The notes below the pieces were generated by a model. That model ran no database searches. It saw nothing but the letters and a program-made list of their open reading frames with translations, and had not been told where the DNA came from. Below, piece by piece: positions 1 through 13,602 of a stretch of 64,000 nt of DNA. Position 1 is the first letter of the stretch. Each line of letters opens with the position of its first letter. The stretch is taken from assembly GCF_006345805.1 (NCBI RefSeq), contig NC_043000.1, positions 107,322,001-107,386,000 of the forward strand. Direction: 5' to 3'. Origin of the DNA: Octopus sinensis. Lineage: Eukaryota. The position numbers and the translations under genes were made by a program.

Positions 1-758
1 ATTTATATTTGTTATTATTACGTAGTGATTATTTATTGCCCTAGTCAGACGGGCGACCTTACGTGCTCTCTAGATTTGCGTATTTAGCGAATAAAATTAA
101 GGTGGAATGTGTTTCATGAAAAGCAGAATTTCTACATGGAAAACTAATTAGCTGTTTATGTTATTTCTCCCATTTTGGAAAAAATAATGCTGAATTTGTA
201 AAGAAAATATGTTGGTTTTCATTTATAAAGAAATAGAATGGCTTTTTCATGCACGAATGTGTCTAAGATTTCAAACCAGAACGAACACGATTTCACAGGC
301 GTTAAACAGAAAAATTGAAAATAACCATAAAACATTTTATTACAATGAGCACACATTTTTAAAGGAGGGAATGACATTTTTGTTTGGAGCAACAATGGAG
401 AGATCTTTCGTAGCAACAACGATACAACAGCATCAAGAAAAATTATACACACGTACAAGTTTTAGTCGAGTGAGAATATTTGCGACAATGGAAGCAGTTT
501 CGCCAGCATTGCTTCACATATAAAATTATTGGAAATTTATTATAGTGTCCAATTGGAGAAGAATGTGTTGCGACAGTGTTACAAAGTAGTGTATCTCTTT
601 GCCTTGGTTATGGGGAAGTACTACCTTACTCGGAGCGGCTCAGTGTTAGCGACAGGAAGTGTAGCCGGTCGTACAAAATTTGCCTCAAGAAATTCCGCCG
701 ACACTTCTAAGCATGAAAGGGAATATTAAATCAATGATTAAAACGATGATTATATATA

Positions 759-798
<40 letters not shown>

Positions 799-810
799 AA
801 TATTTGTATA

Positions 811-1016
811 CAGTAATCCCTCGACTATCGCGGTTGTTACGTTCCAAAACCACCCGCGATAGACGAAAATCCGCGAAGTAGAAACAGTAGTGTGTTGTAT
901 ATTTATTAATATTTTCATAATTTGTATATATTTATTTTATTATAAATGCAAAACAACACCACAGAGAAATCGACGTAAGCTTCAATAAAAAACCGCGATA
1001 TGGCGAAGGATTACTG
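811..1016. mobile_element. Tigger/pogo-like MITE
   Basis: TIRs CAGTAATCCCTCG..ATCGCGG / CCGCGAT..CGAAGGATTACTG flanked by TA on both sides; no coding capacity. Confidence 0.75.
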
Positions 1017-1656
1017 TATATGTGTATATATACCTTTGCCTTTCTTACTTTGCACTTCACTATGTCCCTGTCTTGCTCTTTTTTCTCGCCAATCCTTGAT
1101 TCTTCGATCTACACGCTCTCTCTCTTTCTTTTCCCCTCCTTAATTCCTTTGTTCCTCTTTTTCTCTCTCTTCTCCCCCGCCTTAATTCCTTTGCTCCTCC
1201 TTTTCTCTCTCTTCTCTTCTCACGTGACCGCTGGCCGACTACTAGTCCTTTTGTGTTGGACCACGGTCACGGTCACATTGTTATTTTCCTCTGCCGCAAG
1301 GCTTAATTCTCAACACGCCAGCTGAATTCACTATATATATATATATATATATTATATTATATAATAACAATTTAACAATAAAACATAGCATACATACATA
1401 TATGTACATACCTACATCTATATGTATATATACATGCATATATATATATTATATATATATATATATTATAATATATATATATTAATTAATAAGGGTGAGA
1501 GGATTAGATACTAATTTAATAGTATATCTATTCAACACCAAGTGGCCTAGTGCTCCGAGAAACCTGGATTATTATAATATTTTATAATATATTACAATAT
1601 TTTTACAAAATAAATATAAGAGAGTGGTCACTAGTGAGCCATATAGTGACCACTCT

Positions 1657-1705
<49 letters not shown>

Positions 1706-1707
<2 letters not shown>

Positions 1708-2400
1708 AGTACAGGACACCACAAATAAACGTAGAACAAACGAGAAACGAAAACATAAAAACAAACAAGGAAACGGACTTTTTATAACAACGAAGAAACA
1801 GAGTACAAGACAAACAATACAAGGAATATTCCCCTTCATCAGCTGCCCCTGGTTCGACTCAATGCGTGTTTCGAAGGTAAGGGCAGAACACGATCCGGCC
1901 GAAGCAATCCTTCCTGCAAAATGAATTAGATAGAATTCTTTTTGCAGAGGGGTAAAAAAGAAAAAAAGTGACAAGAACAGGACGTAAAAGCAATACAAAT
2001 AAAAATACAGTACACATTAAAGAATAAAAACAGGACAAGGAAACCAACATTGCGGGCTTTTTTAAGCCTCGACGGTGGAAAAATTCGTTGGAGCGCAATT
2101 CAGAAAATCGACTTGCTAGAGACAGTCGGTGTTGACTTGTTGAAATCTGCGAGCGAAAGAAAGTTTTTAGTAGTCCAGTCAGCAGCCAGAGAGAGGAGGA
2201 GTGAGAGAGAGAGAGAGAGAGAGGAAAAGAAACCAGAAAGGGTGAAAAATAAGAAGGAGAGAGATAGGTAGAGAGGAAGACAGACAGGCAGGAAGGAAAG
2301 GTCAAGTAAGGGTTAAAGAGTGCGCGTCATAATTATTAAAACTACTTGGAGGATAAGAAACGACGCCATGCGCTCAGTCATATAATAACAATTAAAAAAA
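1706..2400 (-). repeat. Dispersed repeat family B (non-coding, next to TA tracts; carries CTGATGA-helix motif)
   Basis: Homologous copies at about 3398-4350, 4612-5565, 13005-13470, 15900-16060 (partial), 24820-25950 and 62630-63060, sharing GAGTACAGGACAC, CAGCTGATGAAGGGGAA and CCTTCGAAAC segments. Confidence 0.8.
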
Positions 2401-2738
2401 AACATATACATACATACATATATTACATACATACATCTATATGATATATACATGCATATATATATATATATATATATTATATATCTATATATAGAGCTAT
2501 ATATATATATATAGATATATATATATATAATATATTATATATATGAGTACAGGACACCAAAATAAACGTAGAACACAACGAGAAACGAAAACACACACAT
2601 ATATATATATATATACTCTTTTACTCTTTTACTTGTTTCAGTCATTTGACTGCGGCCATGCTGGAGCACTGCCTTTAGTCGAGAAAATCGACCCCGTATA
2701 TATATATATATACGTTTGCTCGTGTGTGTGTATATATG

Positions 2739-2817
<79 letters not shown>

Positions 2818-2818
<1 letters not shown>

Positions 2819-3361
2819 CACGAGTAAAACGCCCCGCGTCCAACGGACGGTGCTGAATCATATCTGCTGTATAAAAAGCAATCAGCGTTTTCTTTTCATT
2901 AGAAAAATAATTAAGCATGCCTTTATTTCAATAAAATTTTTGGTTTTGTTAAATGAAGTTAAGGCAAAAAAAAACTTCTTGAGAAACCAAATAGTCTTTC
3001 CTTTCTTCATGCCAAGTTTGAAGAAAATATCTCTTTTACATCTTACTTTTTTGGCCTCTTAAATATACTGCATTTTGTGGCATTATTTCAAGCCAGCTGG
3101 CTTTTATTTTGCGCAAACTGCACGTGCATTTTTCTCGCGTACGCGTAGTATCGATCGCAACAGCTGATGTACTTGCGCGTACAAATGCACGTTCCCACGG
3201 CTTTATCGATCGCATTCTCACCTGGAATCGATTTTTGTAATTTCTTCAAGACTTATACACGCCCTGATACCGTCGGTATCCACATATGAAATTTGAGCGC
3301 AATCGGATGGAGGATGCCCGAGATCCTAGAAGACACAGAGAGAGACAGACAGAACGGATTT

Positions 3362-3366
<5 letters not shown>
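2818..3366 (+). mobile_element. Helitron/Helentron-like non-autonomous element, family F copy 1
   Basis: Inserted in (TA)n; begins ACACGAG..CCGTCCA..GGACGG and ends CAGACAGAACGGATTTTATATA; both ends shared with 38539-38978. Confidence 0.5.
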
Positions 3367-3397
<31 letters not shown>

Positions 3398-3405
<8 letters not shown>

Positions 3406-4535
3406 ATATATACATATATGTACATACCTACATATATATGTATATATACATGCATATATGGGTATAGGACACAAAAAAATGTTGAACACAATGAGAAACA
3501 TAAAAATAAAAACATAGAAACGAACTTTTTTTCGAACAAACAAAAACAAACAAACAGAAACGAGACATACAGCATAAAGAATATTCCCCTTCTTCAGTTG
3601 TCCCTGTTTCATCTACTCCACGTACGAAGGCAAGGACAAGACGCGACTTAGTTGAAACAGTCCTTCCCGCAAAGCAAATTAAATAAAATTTGGAATTTTT
3701 TGCGGAAGGTGAAAGTGGTAACAAGAACAGGACAGAGAGACCAAGACAGTAAAAACAACGGTGAGGGTTGTTAAGCCAAGACAATAGAAAAATTATTATG
3801 AACGCGAGGAAGACGAGCTTATGAAGGAGACAGTATAAGCACGTATTTTCTTTACGAAGGTTATGGGCAGAAAGACAGATTATCTTTCGTCACGTGTCAG
3901 CAACGAGAGAGTCGAGGAGGAGGAGTGAGAGAGAGGGAACGGCGAAGAGGAGAGAAGAATAGGGAAGGGTGAGAGAGAAAACCAGAAAAGATGAAGAACA
4001 AGAGAGGGAGAGAGATAGACAGAGAAGAGATAGTAAAGGTAGAAGAGTGCGCATCGTAATTATTAAGATAAAACTTACTTGGAAAAGGATGCGTGGCGTT
4101 CGATCATATAATAATATAAATAATATATAGATATATGCATACGTACATACATATATGTACACACCTACATCTATATGTATATATACATGTATATATGAGT
4201 ACAGGACATAAAAAAAAACGTTGAACACAATGAGAAACGAGGACATAAAAACAAAAACATAGAAACGAACATTTTTTCGAACAACGAAAAAAAATACAGA
4301 GAAACGAAGCAAAGAAATGGGAGATGTCCTTCCTTAAATGACCGACCAATTAATGTAATGTATATAGTATGCACAACGGGTTCCTTTCAGATTCTGTTTA
4401 CCAAATCCACTCACAAGGCTTTTGTCGGCTATAGGAGATAAACACAGTGCCGCACATTGGAACGGAACCCAAGACCATATGATTAGGAAGCAAGCTTCTC
4501 AACCACATAGCTACACCAGCACCAATATATATATA

Positions 4536-4619
<84 letters not shown>

Positions 4620-5734
4620 ATATATACATATATGTACATACCTACATATATATGTATATATACATGCATATATGGTATAGGACACAAAAAAATGTTGAAC
4701 ACAATGAGAAACATAAAAATAAAAACATAGAAACGAACTTTTTTTCGAACAAACAAAAACAAACAAACAGAAACGAGACATACAGCATAAAGAATATTCC
4801 CCTTCTTCAGTTGTCCCTGTTTCATCTACTCCACGTACGAAGGCAAGGACAAGACGCGACTTAGTTGAAACAGTCCTTCCCGCAAAGCAAATTAAATAAA
4901 ATTTGGAATTTTTTGCGGAAGGTGAAAGTGGTAACAAGAACAGGACAGAGAGACCAAGACAGTAAAAACAAACGGTGAGGGTTGTTAAGCCAAGACAATA
5001 GAAAAATTATTATGAACGCGAGGAAGACGAGCTTATGAAGGAGACAGTATAAGCACGTATTTTCTTTACGAAGGTTATGGGCAGAAAGACAGATTATCTT
5101 TCGTCACGTGTCAGCAACGAGAGAGTCGAGGAGGAGGAGTGAGAGAGAGGGAACGGCGAAGAGGAGAGAAGAATAGGGAAGGGTGAGAGAGAAAACCAGA
5201 AAAGATGAAGAACAAGAGAGGAGAGAGATAGACAGAGAAGAGATAGTAAAGGTAGAAGAGTGCGCATCGTAATTATTAAGATAAAACTTACTTGGAAAAG
5301 GATGCGTGGCGTTCGATCATATAATAATATAAATAATATATAGATATATGCATACGTACATACATATATGTACACACCTACATCTATATGTATATATACA
5401 TGTATATATGAGTACAGGACATAAAAAAAAACGTTGAACACAATGAGAAACGAGGACATAAAAACAAAAACATAGAAACGAACATTTTTTCGAACAACGA
5501 AAAAAAATACAGAGAAACGAAGCAAAGAAATGGGAGATGTCCTTCCTTAAATGACCGACCAATTAATGTAATGTATATAGTATGCACAACGGGTTCCTTT
5601 CAGATTCTGTTTACCAAATCCACTCACAAGGCTTTTGTCGGCTATAGGAGATAAACACAGTGCCGCACATTGGAACGGAACCCAAGACCATATGATTAGG
5701 AAGCAAGCTTCTCAACCACATAGCTACACCAGCA

Positions 5735-5740
<6 letters not shown>
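3398..5740. repeat. Near-identical tandem duplication of about 1.2 kb (family B + SINE 5' part)
   Basis: 3398-4525 is repeated at 4612-5740 with only a few small indels; junction lies in a (TA)n tract. Confidence 0.9.
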
Positions 5741-5791
<51 letters not shown>

Positions 5792-5794
<3 letters not shown>

Positions 5795-6689
5795 AGCATT
5801 ATGACCCGTCGTTGCCGGGTTATAATGCTAGTGCATGTATATATGTGTGTATATATATATATATGTAAATATTACATGTACTTCTATATATATACACCTA
5901 CACATAAAATACAAAATACAAAGTTATATATTGATATCGCTAGTGATAACAATACTCAAAATATAGAACAGACTGGAATTGTAGGCCCGTCTCTTTCAAT
6001 TTAGATCAATTGTATCTTGTCCTCCCTCTTGTATAGAATTGTGGCTACAATCCAGCCTACCTCTACTTCTGGGGGGACATTTATAATTTTTATCCGGGAT
6101 GTCCTACGCTCCAGATATAAAGGTGAAAATAAAATATTTCCACTTTGCAAGGTTCGAGTCAAGTACTCCCTTGCACGCTCCATTAACTCGAACCTTGCTT
6201 CTATTGTGGCGAATTTATCGCCTCTGGTTAGATATAGTCCTTTATGTATAATAGTCCAGATGGACTATTCCATTTCTGCACGCTAATTTAATTTATTCCC
6301 ATTCATGTGAAACCACTTATTCAAGTTCAAGTCATTGATGCAATTTTATACCAATTGCTATTTTTACTTTTGTTATGTTTCGATTATATTATACTTTAGT
6401 TTGATTTTAATTATTACTTACTACATATAATTCAATTGTTATTATTATTTTTATTGTTAAAGTGAAAGTATCTGACATAAAATAGAGAAATGTTTTTGTT
6501 TCACTTTTAACACGTAATACTGAAATAGTGGAGAAGATATGATATTGCTATGGGCTCGCTCTAGGCAAGAAGTTGAACATTTTTTGCCCATGAAACTACA
6601 TGGACCTTAAGTAAGGCATGTGTAAAATTTGAATGAAATTGGTTGTTTAGTTCTCAAGTTTTAGGGAAACACACAGACACACATTCTCA

Positions 6690-6696
<7 letters not shown>
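5792..6696 (+). mobile_element. Helitron/Helentron-like non-autonomous element, family G copy 1
   Basis: Terminal hairpin AGCATTATGACCCG..CGGGTTATAATGCT; 3' end AATTGGTTG..CACACATTCTCAGTTTTATATA; homologous to 56296-58035. Confidence 0.6.
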
Positions 6697-6760
<64 letters not shown>

Positions 6761-8707
6761 GTGTGATCCTGCGTTTAGAGAAACCAATGATGGCTATTTT
6801 AACTTTATTTATCTTTACTGACGCAAAAATATTTTACGAGACGAATGGCTGGTTCCAACATTTTCAATAAACATTTTAGCACGATCCAATTTGCAAAGAT
6901 TTATCACTTAAGACAGACATTCAACTCCATTTAGATACTCAATTTGACTGTAAATACACCAACTTTATCTAGTAAGCTTAAACGAAGTTTGTGTTCCCAG
7001 ATGTACAATTAGCCATATACACTTATTTCACGGATATTTTTCTCGCCAGGAAATTTGCATTCTGTTCTCTCTCTGTCTCTCTCTCTCTGTCTCTCTTTCT
7101 TTCTTTCTCTCTCTCTCTCTCTCTTTCTCTTTCTCTCTCTCCTCCTTCTCCCCTTCTCTCTCCTGTTCTTAATTCATAACCAAAGTATGGATTGGGATTC
7201 GAAATAGTCAGAAAGTGAACCATTTTCTTTTTTATCCTTTAACGGTTTTCCCCCATGTTTAACAATCTTTGAACTGGCAAAAATCAATAATATTCACAAT
7301 GTTATTCGGTGACCTTATATAATTCTGTATTGATTTGAATTGTTATTTTTTTATTCACACTTTAATCTTCTCCAATAATATACCATGACGAATAATAGAA
7401 ACAGTTATTGTTGTTGTTGTTGTTTTGTCCTAAACATATTGACAATAGATCAGCTGAATAAACGTATTCATGTTCTCTAGACAGGTTAAACCAAAATTAC
7501 TTCCAGCCTGACACGTTGGTACAATAGTCCATTAATGACATTGTCAATAGACATCCACCGTGGCTACCTTAGTTGCACAAGCATCAAAGAAGTTCAACTA
7601 TCTGTTGTTATTGTTGTTGCTGTTGTTGTCTTGACTAACCTACAAGTGATAGGACCAGTTTTTATTGTATGTTTCTCTGGTCATTAAAAAGCCCAAGATC
7701 TTCGGCTGACATATCCGCTGCAGCTTGTGACACAGCAAGACAAAGCGTATCTTTTTTGTTCCCACATACATACATAAACATACCGTACATACGTACGTAA
7801 ATATATACACAAGCGCATACAAGCTCGCTCTTTCTCTCTCTCTTACACACGAACACTCACGCATGCACATATATACTCCATTATTTAAACCTGCCGTAAC
7901 AGCATAAATGCATTATCAACAAGTGTAGTACACGTCTATCTATTATTTTTCAAATGTTCTCTGAAAGTATTGTTATATATCATGTCAATACCGAAGACAT
8001 GCAGTTCAACTAATTCTAAATAAGTAATCGTAATCGAAGATATGAGATTTCTAGTCGATTAACAGCTTGAAAATAATCATAAACTCTAGCAGTAACGTCT
8101 CTAAAATAAAGGCAAGGATGAATTAATAACAAATAACCTGCTTATTTCTCTTAGAAAAATAGTGAATATCGATGATTAAGTAGTTTAGTTATAGAAATGT
8201 CAATAGGTCCTTCAGTTAATAAACTTAATTATTTTCTATTTACCGATATCAGTTATCAAGGAGAGAAAGCACTAAATTATAGAAATTGTTATATATTAGA
8301 AACAGCATCACTTCAGTGTCAACATCTTGAGATAAATATTTTCTGAATAATTAACGTTGAACAAAAATAATTCCGTTGTAACATATTGCGTAATAACGTA
8401 GCTTTGGGGTAGAGACAATTAGATCCAGTGGATCATTTTAAGCGAGCCGCACTTTTGGGTCTGTTGTACAGGAGGCGGGGAGCAAAGGGAAACAGGGTCA
8501 AGGGGTGGCAAACTCGTGGTCTGCTTCGAGCGACATACTCTTTACCTATGCAACTGTCATTGCGTCATAGTTCCTTGTTCAGATTTCTCTGTAAGCCTGT
8601 GCTTCTCAGACTATTAGTTATTGCCATTAAACAAAAAACAAACTAATGCTTCTTGTTACCTACCATTTTAACAACATTAAATGCATCACATAGTGTTGCT
8701 GACAGGT

Positions 8708-9088
8708 TACTCTTTTACTCATGTCAGTCATTTGATTGTGGCCATGCTGGAGCACCGCCTTTAATCGAGCAAATCGACCCCAGGACTTACTCTTTGTAAG
8801 CCTAGTACTTATTCTATCGGCTCCTTTTGCCGAACCGCTAGGTTACGGGGACGTAAACACACCAGCATCGGTTGTCAAGCGATGTTGGGGGGGGGGACAA
8901 ACACAGGCACACAAACACACACATATATACATATATACGACGGGCTTCTTTCAGTTTCCGTCTACCAAATCCACTTACAAGGCTTTGGTCGGCCCGAGGC
9001 TATAGCAGAAGACACTTGCCCAAGGTGCCACGCAGTGGGACTGAACCCGGAACCATGTGGTTGGTAAGCAAGCTGCCACTCCTACGCC
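8708..9088 (-). mobile_element. tRNA-headed SINE, family S1
   Basis: Reverse complement of the full S1 copy at 14508-14920 (A/B-box head, GGCACCTTGGGCAAGTG core, GGCGGTGCTCCAGCATGGCC tail). Confidence 0.85.
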
Positions 9089-10075
9089 TAAAATAAAATA
9101 AAATAAAAACTTACACGTAAGTAATTTTTTTCAAAGTAATCATCAGCAGCCGTCAACCAGATGCAAACGTCCCCTACCCCGTCTCCAAGGATCGGCTTGC
9201 TAAGACTCTCCAATTACCTCTATGTTGTGTTACATACGTACAATCAAACATGCTCTAGTTCCCGGTATATTCTTTGATGTCATCTGCACACAAACGTTTT
9301 TGACGGCCTCTTGCTCTCTTCCCTTTCTCAATTCTTGTCAGTGTGGTCTTCGGTAATGACTCGCGACATGTTGTATGTCTAAACTAATGATAACTTTGTG
9401 AACATGATTCTCCACAATAAGTATCCTCAATATAATAGGGACTATCAAAATAACATTTCCATCACAAAATCTAAATATTTGTTATTTGATGGTTATCGCA
9501 CAGAAGTGAAAATATTTTTCGAAAACTAGAGCAATTAAAAGCTACATCTATCACCTATCCTCACCTATTGACAAAGGTTGTTTTATACCCAGTGCCATTA
9601 AAATGCAACTTGAACATAGTAATTTCATCAATATATAAACTGTCAAACGACATTTTGAACATTAATTTTGGTTTCAAATTTTGACACAAGGCCAACAATT
9701 ACTGGAGAGGGGATAAGTCAATTACGTCGACTGCAATACTCAACTGGTACTTATTTTATCGAGCCGAAAGAATGAAAGGCAAAGTCGACCTTAGCTGAAT
9801 TTGAACTCAGAACATAATTTCAGAAGAGATTGCATAACTCCTACTGTAGCTTCCGGTCGGAGGCTAGGGCTAATAGCATGTCTTTGTCTAGGCTAATCCA
9901 TGATATAAAGTGGAACTCAGTGAATTACAAATTCAAATAGTCCACTATTAAAACACGTTAGCCTGTATAGCGTACAGAGGAACAAATGTGCACCCAGAAT
10001 TGCTGAAATAATTACGATAATACAATGTAAAGATTGCGTTAATAAACAGCGATCAGTTGATGAATTGTCAGCATG

Positions 10076-10768
10076 GATCTTTACCTCTTGACCAACAGAT
10101 TTCAAAAATATTTTTTGTAAATTAAATACTTTCAAACTTCGGACACTGGTAGAATGTCATATAAAACATCAAAAACTTATATTTACGAAGTTATTTCACG
10201 TTAAAGTTGTCGTATTTCAGTAATTTCAACAACTCAATGACGTGTATTTAGCTGAATAAAATTACTGCTGTTGTGTGTCAACAAGAACTTCCGGTGGTGT
10301 ATATTTCGTTTGCCACTGTTATTTATGACAACCCTAACCCTAACCCTAAAGCCCTAGCCCTAACCCTAAAACCCTAGCCCTAACCCTGAAACCCTAACCC
10401 TAACTCTAAAACCCTAACCCTAACCCTAACCCTAAAACCCTAACCCTAACCCTAACCCTAAAATCCTAACCCTAACCCTAAAACCTTAAGCTAAAACTAG
10501 TACAAACGCACGAACGATGTCATAATTAACAGTGAGAAACGAAAAATACACCGCCGATAGTTGTTGACAAACAACAGCAGTATTTTTTCAGCTGAATACA
10601 CGTCATTGATTGGTTGAAATTACCGAAATAGGACTACTGTAACGTGAAATTACTTCGAAAATATAAGTTTTTCTCAAAAATGCTAAGAGTAAAAGATGTT
10701 TTATATGACACATTCTACCGATGTCCGAAGTTTGAAAGTGTTTAGTTACAAAAAATTATTTTAAAATC
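10076..10768. mobile_element. Foldback/MITE-like element with long TIRs and telomere-like core
   Basis: 10105-10310 is the reverse complement of 10540-10768 (e.g. TTCAAACTTCGGACACTGGTAGAATG / CATTCTACCGATGTCCGAAGTTTGAA); related arms at 45068-46711 and 49756-49960. Confidence 0.75.
10330..10488 (-). repeat. Interstitial degenerate (TTAGGG)n array
   Basis: Run of CCCTAA units interspersed with CCCTAAAA/CCCTAG variants on the + strand. Confidence 0.9.
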
Positions 10769-10950
10769 TGTATCATGATATTGTATTACATGCAAAGAAT
10801 TATAAATTTCTCCAACAAAATCATTAAAAAATATCTTTCAATGAGTGTATGATGAAACATTTTGACCTCAAAATAACCTTGTAAAATACGGTGAGACTTA
10901 CACACCGGTAAATACGGTGTGTGAGAGAGGGAAATAGAGTGAGAGAGAGG

Positions 10951-10984
<34 letters not shown>

Positions 10985-11493
10985 AGGCATATAGGCAGAC
11001 AAATAGTTGAGTTCGTATAAGGATAATGCTGATGCAAAAGTTTATAGGAAAGTGGAACCTAAACGGAAATTTTATGCATGTGTGTGTGTGTGCGTGGGTG
11101 CGTGTATGTGTGTAAATCTGTGTGTTAATGTTTGCACGTGTGCATGATATTGCAATAGGAGACAGAACAAATTAAAAAAATATTGTGGAATATACATATA
11201 TAGAACTATTGCAGCGTGGAAGGTGTTTTTAAATGACTTATAAACACCTTCCACGCTGCAATAGTTTATGTTTCAGCACACGATCTCAGATTAAGTCACT
11301 TGCTATGCAAGTACATCTCCGTAATATATATATATATATATGTAAATATAAGAGAGTAACCACTATGTGGTCGACTCTAGCACTAAAAATAGATCCGCTA
11401 GGTTTCAGCCACGAAGAATTGTTTTTGATGAAAGTTAGCACGACTACTACCGTAAACGAACAGGGCAAATAAAAATAACAAAAATGCAGATTA

Positions 11494-11546
11494 GTTCAGG
11501 ACAATTGTTTCGCTATTAATAAATTATGTAATTTTACTCACCGAAC
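11494..11546 (-). ncRNA. Hammerhead ribozyme relic (CUGA deleted)
   Basis: Minus strand GTTCGG-TGA-GT..AGC-GAAAC-AATT-GTC-CTGAAC: helix I and palindromic helix III intact, first four core nucleotides missing. Confidence 0.4.
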
Positions 11547-11864
11547 CCGTCCAGAATACAATTTACTCAACCGCACGCCAGATTTTACCATAACGATAAA
11601 CACACGTTCGGTTCAGTCCATTGCATTCGCTGTTATAATTCAAGTGCCCCCGCCACAGCCCGCCAAAATTCACGGAAACAGATACTACATCAAAAATTAA
11701 ATGTAGTATAATTACAATCAACTAATAAGGGTGAGAAAATTGGATACTAATTTAATAGTACATCCATTTAACACCAACTAAGCCACTTGGTGTTAAATGG
11801 ATGTACTATTAAATTAGTATCCAATTTTCTCACCCTTATTAGTTGATTATATATATATGCACAA

Positions 11865-12075
11865 AGTGGATGTAGCTGTTTTTAAATCAAAGCTGGACAT
11901 CTTCCTGTCAAGAGTCCCAGATGAACCTACCTCACGGCAGGAGGTGCAAATGAGAGTAGCTATATCAAACTCCATTCTTCACCAAGTGCCACATATTAGA
12001 CGAGGTTCGTCGTAATAACAGTGTAGCACAAGACGGCGGTGCATCAGCATGGCCGCAGCTCTGAGCTGAAACTAG
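11865..12075 (+). mobile_element. CR1/L2-type LINE 3' end fragment
   Basis: Translates VDVAVFKSKLDIFLSRVPDEP, resembling CR1-clade ORF2 C-termini, followed by tail GGCGGTGCATCAGCATGGCCGCAG; similar to 41400-41590. Confidence 0.55.
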
Positions 12076-12076
12076 G

Positions 12077-12131
<55 letters not shown>

Positions 12132-12269
12132 CATACAGAGAGAGGAGAGGAAGATTTAAGACAATAGCACTTATACGGCCATACACTCACAAACTTACAC
12201 GCACACACCTCACATCTCTCTATCTCTGTCTCTCAGATGCACGCACGCACACACACATACACACACACA

Positions 12270-12307
<38 letters not shown>

Positions 12308-12922
12308 ACTGACACACACAAACACACACGAATTACTTTTGACATTTGTTTACCGTTCATTTATATTTTCCTTTTACTTCGCGCGCTTCTTTTGCACTGC
12401 CATTTAATTATTTATGTATTTAATTTTTATGCTGTTCTTTTTATTCCTCAACTGTTTTAATTTTATTGGTTAGTATTTTTTGTACACTTTCGTTGCAGCT
12501 TTTTATTGAGGTTTTGACATCCTGATACAAAACATTATGAAGCGACGTTATCGACGCTAAATTATAGTTGCGTACAAATGTTCGCTACACGAACGGCGTC
12601 TTTTTTTTGTTTTTGTATTTTATCTCCAACTGCTTGTCTATTTTCACTAACAGCATTTCTCTGTCTCTGTCTTTCGGTTTCTGTTTCAGTAGCGGATGAT
12701 TAACACACACACACTTGTACTCATACACATACAGCGGGACACACACACACATTATATATATATATATTCAATATAAAATAGTGTACGTTTAAACACAAAA
12801 GAAAACTGCCTTCAACATGTAGTTTTTACACGCTAGAAGAAGTAGTTAAAACGACCAAAACCACATTTTAAGAGCAATCTTTAAAAGAAAATAAAAATAA
12901 AAACTTTTACCTTATTTTATTC

Positions 12923-12996
12923 CGGTCGGACCTAGGTTTCTAAATTTTTTTAGCAAATAAGATAATTTGTTAAGCGAAATTTTTCATCAGTGACCG
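12923..12996 (-). ncRNA. Type I hammerhead ribozyme, extended helix II (family C)
   Basis: Minus strand CGGTCA-CTGATGA-[AAAATTT..TTAACAAAT..ATTTGCTAA..AAATTTA]-GAAAC-CTAG-GTC-CGACCG; intact core, GUC site; A-C at pair 1.1/2.1 and A-A at base of helix II. Confidence 0.7.
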
Positions 12997-13559
12997 CGCC
13001 ATTACATGGCGTTTCGAAGGTGAAGGCGATACGCATCTCCGATAGAAACTTTCCTTCCCGCGAAAAGCAAATTAAATAAAATTTGAGATCTTTTTGCGGA
13101 GGGGTAAAAATGGTAACAAAAACAGGACAGTAACGACAGTACAAAATATAAACAGTAAAAGACAGGACAAGGAGAATAACAAGACAAGAAGGGCTGTTAA
13201 GCCGATGAGATAAAGTGTTACGAACGCTATTTTTGAGAACGGCGGAAGAAGGGGAATTTTCCTTGTGTTATTTGTCCTGTACTCTATTTTTTCGTTGTTT
13301 AAGAAAAATGTCCAGTTCCTTGGTTTTGTGTTTATGTTTTCGTTTCTCATTGTGTTCGGCGTTTTTTTTTGTGTGTCCTGTACCCATATATGCATGTATA
13401 TATACACGTAGAGGTAGGTACGTACATATATGTATGTATATGTATGTATATATGCATATTTTATTTATATATATATATATATTTCGCTAGATGCATGTGT
13501 ATCTGAGGTGGTTCCTCGATTCTTCTCTATCCCTTCTTGTTCTTTCTCTTTAGTAATAT

Positions 13560-13602
<43 letters not shown>

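Noticed and set aside
60-730. ORFs 209-523 and 529-729 as a host exon or MULE-type transposase remnant (RTNTISQALNRKI)
   Set aside because: Resemblance to the RTNN..H..LN motif is too weak to support without a profile search.
4530-4615. Single AA/TT phase slip inside many (TA)n tracts
   Set aside because: Cannot be separated from sequencing or assembly error in self-complementary repeats.
7500-7790. Possible minus-strand exon with AG/GT boundaries
   Set aside because: All three frames contain stops and no recognisable domain is present.
8400-8646. GC-richer segment with a 72-aa ORF
   Set aside because: No motif, no supportable splice context, no second exon.
10330-10488. True telomere or chromosome fusion site
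   Set aside because: Short, degenerate, single orientation and enclosed by TIR arms.
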